DNA of 64,000 nucleotides from a bacterium (GTDB lineage: Bacteria > Bacillota > Clostridia > Lachnospirales > Lachnospiraceae), in contig JAUNSO010000006.1 in the NCBI GenBank assembly GCA_030539165.1, forward strand, positions 40,242 to 104,241, written 5' to 3'. Below the pieces are notes generated by a model. The model ran no database searches. It was not told the DNA's origin and saw only the letters and a list, made by a program, of their open reading frames with translations. Position 1 is the first letter of the stretch. Each line of letters starts with the position of its first letter. The translations under genes and the position numbers were made by a program. This document shows positions 58,298 to 64,000 of this stretch, one piece after another.

Positions 58298-59526
58298 ATC
58301 GCATGGATGAAAAAAGAAAAATATCCCTGGACAGGGCAGAGGAACTAAAAGACTCTATCGGGAATTTCCTCGAATTCAAACAGAAGTTTTTGGAGGAGAT
58401 GGAGACGAAGAGAAATATCAAACGAAAAGAGCATAAACAGGCGATTCTGGATTATTTTGAAGCGGATGAGAATGACTGGAATGACTGGAAATGGCAGATC
58501 AGAAACAGAATCAGCTCCGAGGAGATTCTGGGTCATTTTCTGCACCTTTCTGAAGAAGAAAAAGAAACAATCCGTAATATTTCTCACAAATACAGATGGG
58601 CAACGACACCGTATTATCTGTCCCTGATGGATTTCAACAATCAGAACTATCCGATTAACAAGATGGCCATTCCCTCTGTTTTTGAGAATGATGAGAGAGG
58701 CAAACTGGATCCGATGAAGGAGGAGTACACCAATCCTGCACCCTGTATTACCAGAAGATACCCGAATCGTCTGATCATCAATGTGACGAGTTCCTGTCCG
58801 ATGTTCTGCAGGCACTGCCAGCGCAGAAGGCGGATCGGTGAAGTGGATCAGCATGCAAAGTGGGAGGATATCGAGGCAGCCATCGAGTATATCCGCCAAA
58901 ACGAGGAGATACGTGATGTGCTGATTACAGGCGGAGATCCTTTGACCCTGTCCGATGAGACACTCGAAAAAGTAATTTCAGGCGTATATCATATTCCGCA
59001 TGTGGAAATCATAAGAATAGGTACAAGGGTTCCGGTGACGATGCCGCAGCGTATTACAGATGATCTGGCAAATATGCTGAAAAAATACCATCCACTGTTT
59101 ATCAATGTACAGTTTAATCATCCGGGAGAAATGACAGAAGAGTCCAAAGCAGCCTGCAGCAAGCTGGCTGATGCGGGTATTCCTCTTGGAAATCAGATGG
59201 TATTCCTGCGTGGAGTCAATGACAATAAATATGTTGTGCAGCTGTTAAATGAAGAATTGCTGCAGGCACGTGTCAGACCGTATTATATCTTTCATCCGAA
59301 GCAGGTTGTCGGAACTAAGCATTTTCAGATTACGGTGGATGAAGGTCTTCGTATTATGAAGTATTTGAGAGGACATACATCCGGTCTGGCGATACCGCAG
59401 TATATCCTGAATGCATCAGGTGGTCTCGGCAAGGTGCCTCTGCTGCCGAAGTACATCGAGGAAAGTGATGAGACTCATGTGAAATTAACGACATGGGAAG
59501 GCAAGGAAGTCTGTATCTTTTATTAA
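58294..59526 (+). CDS. KamA-family radical-SAM amino-acid 2,3-aminomutase with a glutamate-2,3-aminomutase-type signature
   Basis: WNDWKWQIRNRI, radical-SAM CPMFCRHCQRRR, LITGGDPL, and a PLP-Lys region. Reads FHPKQVVG and ILNASGGLGK where lysine 2,3-aminomutase (as I recall it) has YQCDLSLG and VVDAPGGGGK. The start overlaps the upstream stop (GTGA). Confidence 0.85.
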   Translation: MNRMDEKRKISLDRAEELKDSIGNFLEFKQKFLEEMETKRNIKRKEHKQAILDYFEADENDWNDWKWQIRNRISSEEILGHFLHLSEEEKETIRNISHKYRWATTPYYLSLMDFNNQNYPINKMAIPSVFENDERGKLDPMKEEYTNPAPCITRRYPNRLIINVTSSCPMFCRHCQRRRRIGEVDQHAKWEDIEAAIEYIRQNEEIRDVLITGGDPLTLSDETLEKVISGVYHIPHVEIIRIGTRVPVTMPQRITDDLANMLKKYHPLFINVQFNHPGEMTEESKAACSKLADAGIPLGNQMVFLRGVNDNKYVVQLLNEELLQARVRPYYIFHPKQVVGTKHFQITVDEGLRIMKYLRGHTSGLAIPQYILNASGGLGKVPLLPKYIEESDETHVKLTTWEGKEVCIFY

Positions 59527-59622
59527 GTGACAGCATAGACATAGTAACCTTTGTCAATTGTATCAATAAATGGAAATTAGTGTGAATACAATCAAAAAAT
59601 ATCAATAAAATCAGACAATAGT

Positions 59623-59651
59623 ATTGCGTTTTTGGATATAAACAGTTATAA
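59623..59651 (+). promoter_or_regulatory. Sigma-A-like promoter with no ORF immediately downstream
   Basis: TTGCGT (59623-59628), 17-nt spacer, TATAAT (59646-59651). Confidence 0.4.
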
Positions 59652-59657
59652 TAAAGA

Positions 59658-59854
59658 TAGATTTCCTGGGGTGTTCGATAATTCTTGTATTTTGAACCTA
59701 CATTTACTTTAAACGGGATTCCTATATTACCGTCTCCTATGTCAGGCCTCATTTGCAGTGGAAGGCAGAAGAGCGGCTGCGGTCACCCACCTAGCATTAG
59801 CTAGGAGTCAAAAAACAAGAACCGGCATCTCTGGGATATTCACAAAAGAGGAAA
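59658..59854 (+). ncRNA. Candidate structured RNA / cis-regulatory leader upstream of the SpoIID-domain gene (unclassified)
   Basis: Long-range helices: 59661-59666 pairs with 59848-59853, and 59681-59694 pairs with 59807-59820 (14 positions, 1 mismatch). Local hairpin at 59789-59804. Followed by a terminator. Confidence 0.3.
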
Positions 59855-59882
59855 AGCAGTCTCGACAGAGGCTGCCTTTTAT
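59855..59882 (+). terminator. Intrinsic terminator/attenuator 35 nt upstream of the SpoIID-domain gene start
   Basis: GCAGTCTC (59855-59862) pairs with GAGGCTGC (59867-59874) with one G-T. The loop is GACA, followed by CTTTTATT. Confidence 0.6.
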
Positions 59883-59917
59883 TGTCTGTACCAAATCCGC
59901 AAAGGCAGGAGAGGCGC

Positions 59918-61384
59918 ATGAACAAGCTCAAAGTGATATTCATTCTTACAGGACTGTTGTTTCTGATCTTTTTGCTGCTGCAGCAAAGAAAACCCGCAAA
60001 AGAAGAAATACAGACGGAAGAACCGCCTGCTATCATAAAAGAAGAGCCTGACAGGACAGCAGAAAGAATCAGGGTTGTATTAAAGGATTACTCCGAGAAT
60101 GATATCCATCATCAGGAGGTGACTTTGATTCCGGATACCTCCTATGAGGTGATCAGAGACTCTCAATCGGTTTTACATGAAGCTGGTGAGCCTGTCACGG
60201 TATGCTATACAGCCGGTGACAGCCAGTACAGCCTGTTCCTGATTCCATCAAAAGAAACTGCCAGAACAGCGATCCCATCCCTGCAAAGAAGTCAGGGGAC
60301 GCCGTTATACAGGGGGATGTTTGAACTGCAATGTACAGAAAACGGCATTGTAATCATCAATGATCTGCCGCTTGAGGAATATCTCTATGCTGTAGTACCG
60401 AGTGAAATGCCATCAGATTATCCGTTTGAAGCCCTGAAGGCACAGGCAATCTGTGCAAGAACATACGCAGTCAAGCAGATGCAGTACTCAAAATATACAG
60501 ATCTGGGTGCAGATGTAGATGACAGTACGAGCTATCAGGTCTATAACAATACATGTGAAAGTGACGCTGTCAACAGGGCTGTTGATGCAACAAGAGGGAA
60601 GGTTGCAACCTATGACGGCAAGGTGAAGGATACATATTACTTTTCAACATCCTGCGGATATACGACTGACGGAGGCTCATGGAAAGAGGATTCAAAAGAG
60701 GATATGTCCTATCTGACCTCCAGAAAGCTGTCTGAGGAAGCAATAGAGGCCTGGGCGGTACAGGGTGAAACAGACAACATCACAGAGGAAGACTTTGAAG
60801 CGTTTATCCGATCCGCAGATGCAGCTGACTATGAAAGCAAGGAACCATGGTATCGATGGACGATGCAGATCGAGGGTGCGGCACTGGGGAGGATAGATGA
60901 AAAAATCAAAGAACGGTATCAGGTGAATCCTGATAAAATCCTGACTCAAAACGAGAAAGGTATTTATCAGTCCGTCAAACCTCCGGAAATAGGAGAGCTC
61001 CAGGATATCCAGGTCGCCATGAGAGGGGACGGCGGTGTGATAGAAAGTTTGATTATCGTGGGAAGCCATGCTACAATACAGATATTAACAGAGTATAATG
61101 TCCGGTATGTGATGTCGACAGAGGGAGCCTCCATCAGAAGACAGGACGGGTCAGATACAGCCTGTGGCATGCTGCTTCCGAGTGCATTTTTTACGATGGA
61201 TATAGAATATCAGGATGACAGGCTGGAAAGTATGATGCTCTATGGCGGCGGCTATGGGCATGGTACCGGCATGTCACAGAACTGTGCCCGCAGCATGGCA
61301 CTCAAGGGGATGACAGCAGAAAATATCATCAGGAGCTTTTATCAGGAGCTTGAAATAGGAGATTTATCAGCAGATATGCTGTGA
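59918..61384 (+). CDS. SpoIID/LytB-domain protein (lytic transglycosylase/amidase-enhancer family)
   Basis: Signal/TM N-terminus. SpoIID motifs LEEYLYAVVPSEMP, EALKAQAICARTYA, YFSTSCGYT and GHGTGMSQ. AGGAGAGG lies upstream of ATG 59918. Confidence 0.85.
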   Translation: MNKLKVIFILTGLLFLIFLLLQQRKPAKEEIQTEEPPAIIKEEPDRTAERIRVVLKDYSENDIHHQEVTLIPDTSYEVIRDSQSVLHEAGEPVTVCYTAGDSQYSLFLIPSKETARTAIPSLQRSQGTPLYRGMFELQCTENGIVIINDLPLEEYLYAVVPSEMPSDYPFEALKAQAICARTYAVKQMQYSKYTDLGADVDDSTSYQVYNNTCESDAVNRAVDATRGKVATYDGKVKDTYYFSTSCGYTTDGGSWKEDSKEDMSYLTSRKLSEEAIEAWAVQGETDNITEEDFEAFIRSADAADYESKEPWYRWTMQIEGAALGRIDEKIKERYQVNPDKILTQNEKGIYQSVKPPEIGELQDIQVAMRGDGGVIESLIIVGSHATIQILTEYNVRYVMSTEGASIRRQDGSDTACGMLLPSAFFTMDIEYQDDRLESMMLYGGGYGHGTGMSQNCARSMALKGMTAENIIRSFYQELEIGDLSADML

Positions 61385-61407
61385 TCAGAAACAGCCTGGA
61401 GGATTTC

Positions 61408-62277
61408 ATGAAGGAAAAGATAAAGAGAGTATATGATTTGTTTTATGGTTTTTCCGCGGAGATGCAGGAGGATAATGTCCGGGCATTTGCATCCAGTGCT
61501 GCTTTTTTTGTCTTTTTATCACTGATCCCTTATGTGATACTGATCCTTGCCATCATCCCGTATACCCCGCTGACCAAGGCAGATGTACTGGCAGCGATAG
61601 TGGAAATACTGCCCAATGCACTGGATGGGTATGCCATTATGATCATCGACCAGTTATACGCGAATACATTTGCCGCCTTGTCCATTTCCATCATAGCGGT
61701 TGTATGGTCATCGGCACAGGGCTTTTTATCCATTACGACGGGACTGAATGCGATATATGGCATCCATGAAAAGCATAATTACTTTTTCATGCGTGCAAGA
61801 GCTGGTGTCTATACAGTGATCCTTGCTGTGATCATGGTGGCTTCCCTGATCTTGTCCGGTTTTGGAAAAACATTAAGAAAGTTCGCTGAGGAAAAGCTGA
61901 TATCGTTACCGGTACCGTTTCAGACCATCATTGATTTTCGCATTATTCTGACGCTGGCGATCATGACACTGATGTTTACACTGATGTACACGACACTGCC
62001 TTATCAAAGACAGAAGTTTAGACAGCAGATTCCGGGGGCTCTGTTTACGGCTGTTGTATGGAGCATTTACTCATGGGCGTTTTCACTGTATATCAGTAAC
62101 TTTAATGCATTCAGCATGTATGGGAGTCTGACAACGGTAGTGATCATCATGCTGTGGCTTTATATGTGCATGTACATTATGTTTGTAGGTGCGCAGCTGA
62201 ATGATTATTTTCATGAGGGACTGGAAAAGCTGCATCAGAAAAGACATTTCAAGCACGATCAAGGCAGAAAAGGGTAA
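61408..62277 (+). CDS. YihY/BrkB-family integral membrane protein
   Basis: Six hydrophobic helices with a family-typical N-terminus (AFASSAAFFVFLSLIP). GGAGGA lies 6 nt upstream of ATG 61408; the ORF track starts at GTG 61381. Confidence 0.8.
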   Translation: MKEKIKRVYDLFYGFSAEMQEDNVRAFASSAAFFVFLSLIPYVILILAIIPYTPLTKADVLAAIVEILPNALDGYAIMIIDQLYANTFAALSISIIAVVWSSAQGFLSITTGLNAIYGIHEKHNYFFMRARAGVYTVILAVIMVASLILSGFGKTLRKFAEEKLISLPVPFQTIIDFRIILTLAIMTLMFTLMYTTLPYQRQKFRQQIPGALFTAVVWSIYSWAFSLYISNFNAFSMYGSLTTVVIIMLWLYMCMYIMFVGAQLNDYFHEGLEKLHQKRHFKHDQGRKG

Positions 62278-62284
62278 ATTTTGC

Positions 62285-62313
62285 TTGACAATCCGTACAG
62301 AATTGCCTAGAAT
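62285..62313 (+). promoter_or_regulatory. Sigma-A-like promoter of the pheST T-box leader
   Basis: TTGACA (62285-62290), 17-nt spacer, TAGAAT (62308-62313). Confidence 0.55.
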
Positions 62314-62319
62314 AAATAC

Positions 62320-62601
62320 AATTGAAACAGATCTAAATGCTATGAAGGTGCAGGCAGTCATTCTGCCGCAGAATATAATCTTCTTACAGAGAGGGGAAGC
62401 CACCGGCTGCAAGCTTCCTTAAGTTCAGATGATATTCGACATTCACACCGGAGCAGTTCTTCTGAAGGCTTATGTGCTTGTAGGAAGAGACGTAAGATGC
62501 ACGTTACGCATGAGAATGAGTGCTTAAGACCATGGTCTTAGGAATCTGGGTGGTACCGCGAATAGATTCGTCCCTCTGCTAATTTTAGTAGAGGGATTTT
62601 T
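62320..62601 (+). promoter_or_regulatory. T-box riboswitch leader, Phe-specific
   Basis: Conserved T-box sequence AATCTGGGTGGTACCGCG (62543-62560). Stem-I AGAGA element at about 62388. Candidate specifier UUC (62424-62426) followed by A. Terminator 62572-62595 plus a T-run. Confidence 0.85.
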
Positions 62602-62626
62602 AATACCCATAAAGGAGGATGATGTT

Positions 62627-63646
62627 ATGAAAGACAAATTGCAGCAGATTAAAGAAGAAGCGTACAAACAGATTCAGGCTTCTGATGCCCTTGAGAAATT
62701 AAATGAGGTGAGAGTAAACTTTCTCGGGAAGAAGGGTCAGCTGACAGAAGTGCTGAAAAGTATGAAGGATGTAGCAGCAGAGGACAGACCGAAGGTAGGA
62801 CAGATGGTAAACGATGCCCGTGCCGAGATTGAGAAGGCACTGGAAGAGACCAGAACCAAAATGGAGCGTGCTGTGCGCGAGCAGCAGATGAAGATGGAGA
62901 CCATTGATGTCACACTTCCTGCGAAGAAGGATGAACTCGGACACCGTCATCCGGATACGATTGCTCTGGAAGAGGTGGAGAGAATCTTCATCGGTATGGG
63001 CTATGAGGTCGTAGAAGGCCCTGAAGTAGAGACGGATTATTATAATTTTGAGGCACTCAATATTCCTGCAGACCATCCGGCAAAGGATGAACAGGATACC
63101 TTCTATATCAGCGGTGATTTCCTGCTTCGTACACAGACCTCAGGAACGCAGGTACATGAAATGGAGAAGGGAAAGCTGCCAATCAGAATGATTGCACCCG
63201 GAAGAGTGTTCCGCTCGGATGAAGTGGATGCGACACATTCTCCGTCCTTCCATCAGGTTGAGGGACTTGTTGTTGATCAACACATTACGTTCGCAGACTT
63301 AAAGGGAACGCTTGCTGAATTTGCCAAGGAGCTCTTCGGAGAGGATACGAGGGTACGTTTTAGACCGCATCACTTTAACTTTACAGAGCCAAGTGCCGAA
63401 GTGGATGTGTCCTGCTTCAAGTGTGGCGGCAAGGGCTGTCGTTTCTGTAAGGGAACAGGCTGGATTGAGATACTGGGCTGTGGTATGGTGCATCCGAATG
63501 TGCTTCGTATGAGCAACATTGACCCGGAGGAGTATTCGGGCTTCGCATTTGGTATGGGACTTGAGAGAATCAGCTTATTAAAATACGAAATTGATGATAT
63601 GCGTCTCCTTTACGAGAATGATATCAGATTTCTGAAACAGTTTTAG
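62627..63646 (+). CDS. pheS: Phenylalanyl-tRNA synthetase alpha subunit
   Basis: Class II motifs (FRSDEVDATHSPSFHQVEG, GFAFGMGLERI). 339 aa. Confidence 0.95.
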   Translation: MKDKLQQIKEEAYKQIQASDALEKLNEVRVNFLGKKGQLTEVLKSMKDVAAEDRPKVGQMVNDARAEIEKALEETRTKMERAVREQQMKMETIDVTLPAKKDELGHRHPDTIALEEVERIFIGMGYEVVEGPEVETDYYNFEALNIPADHPAKDEQDTFYISGDFLLRTQTSGTQVHEMEKGKLPIRMIAPGRVFRSDEVDATHSPSFHQVEGLVVDQHITFADLKGTLAEFAKELFGEDTRVRFRPHHFNFTEPSAEVDVSCFKCGGKGCRFCKGTGWIEILGCGMVHPNVLRMSNIDPEEYSGFAFGMGLERISLLKYEIDDMRLLYENDIRFLKQF

Positions 63647-63662
63647 GGAGGGGGAAACGAAT

Positions 63663-64000
63663 ATGAATACATCTATATCATGGATTAAGGCGTATGTACC
63701 GGAGCTTGACTGTACACCGCAGGAATATACAGACCAGATGACATTAACCGGCACGAAGGTAGAGACCTTTGAATGTCTGGATAAGAACCTTGAGAGGATT
63801 TATGTCGGACAGATTGAGTCGATTGAGAAGCACCCAGATGCGGACAAGCTGATTGTATGTCAGGTGAATCTGGGAAATCAAAAGCTGCAGATCGTAACCG
63901 GTGCACATAATGTCAAGGTTGGTGACAAGGTTCCGGTCGTCATCGACGGAGGCAAGGTCGCAGGCGGTCATGACGGCGGCCCGCTGCCGGAAGACGGAAT
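63663..64000 (+). CDS. pheT: Phenylalanyl-tRNA synthetase beta subunit, N-terminal part (runs off the window)
   Basis: ATG 63663 follows GGAGGGGG. It translates to MNTSISWIKAYVPELDCTPQEYTDQMTLTGTKVE...HPDADKLIVCQVNLG, the typical PheT tRNA-binding N-domain. Open to the window end. Confidence 0.9.
   Translation, partial: MNTSISWIKAYVPELDCTPQEYTDQMTLTGTKVETFECLDKNLERIYVGQIESIEKHPDADKLIVCQVNLGNQKLQIVTGAHNVKVGDKVPVVIDGGKVAGGHDGGPLPEDG

Noticed and set aside
59658-59885. SRP (4.5S/scRNA) or 6S RNA
   Set aside because: It contains GTCAGGCC and GGAAGGCAG but not the conserved domain IV sequence GGUCCGGAAGGAAGCAGC. The fold is multi-stem rather than the single long irregular hairpin with a central bubble expected of 6S RNA.
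59758-60051. 97-aa ORF (MEGRRAAAVTHLALARSQ...) and antisense 79-aa ORF 59797-60036
   Set aside because: No RBS. They span a terminator hairpin and the real SpoIID-domain gene start in another frame. The composition is Arg/Ala-rich in a non-coding-like way.

Overview
This looks like a chromosomal segment from a Gram-positive anaerobe. The taxonomic guess (Clostridia, Lachnospiraceae-like) rests only on gene content: a GGGtGRT protein, a SpoIID/LytB protein, class B sortase, an EF-G2 paralogue, a Re-citrate-synthase-like gene and many GGDEF/EAL proteins. I support about 50 CDS, mostly on the + strand. There is one partial tRNA-Thr at the left edge and one T-box leader (Phe) ahead of pheS-pheT. 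Several intrinsic terminators and sigma-A-like promoters are visible. Most of the window is housekeeping: argH, asd, a polar amino-acid ABC transporter, topB, eno, aroA-tyrA-aroF, leuS, icd, thrC, citrate synthase, deoC, pckA and pheST. I saw no transposase, integrase, CRISPR array or rRNA. Stretches worth a second look: (1) A dlt-like envelope acylation operon (adenylation enzyme, carrier protein, MBOAT, SGNH-like protein) is translationally coupled to a KamA-family radical-SAM aminomutase. That aminomutase carries the Lys/Asn signature of glutamate 2,3-aminomutase rather than the Asp/Asp of lysine 2,3-aminomutase. (2) An AT-rich islet holds a stand-alone RelA/SpoT-domain protein (toxSAS-like) overlapped by a 74-aa ORF, followed by an orphan promoter and an untranslated structured stretch. 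(3) A REC protein, sortase B and two giant BspA-LRR surface proteins form one operon; the LRR proteins share a C-terminal module and a non-canonical sorting tail. (4) An unusually long (about 59 bp paired) imperfect hairpin lies just upstream of an mgtC-family gene. (5) A Cys/Gly-rich mini-protein forms a small operon with two paralogous helical proteins. (6) The window also holds an insertion-bearing enolase, a membrane-anchored MutS-like ATPase, and a candidate structured RNA ahead of the SpoIID gene. All functional calls come from motif recognition by eye. No database search was run.
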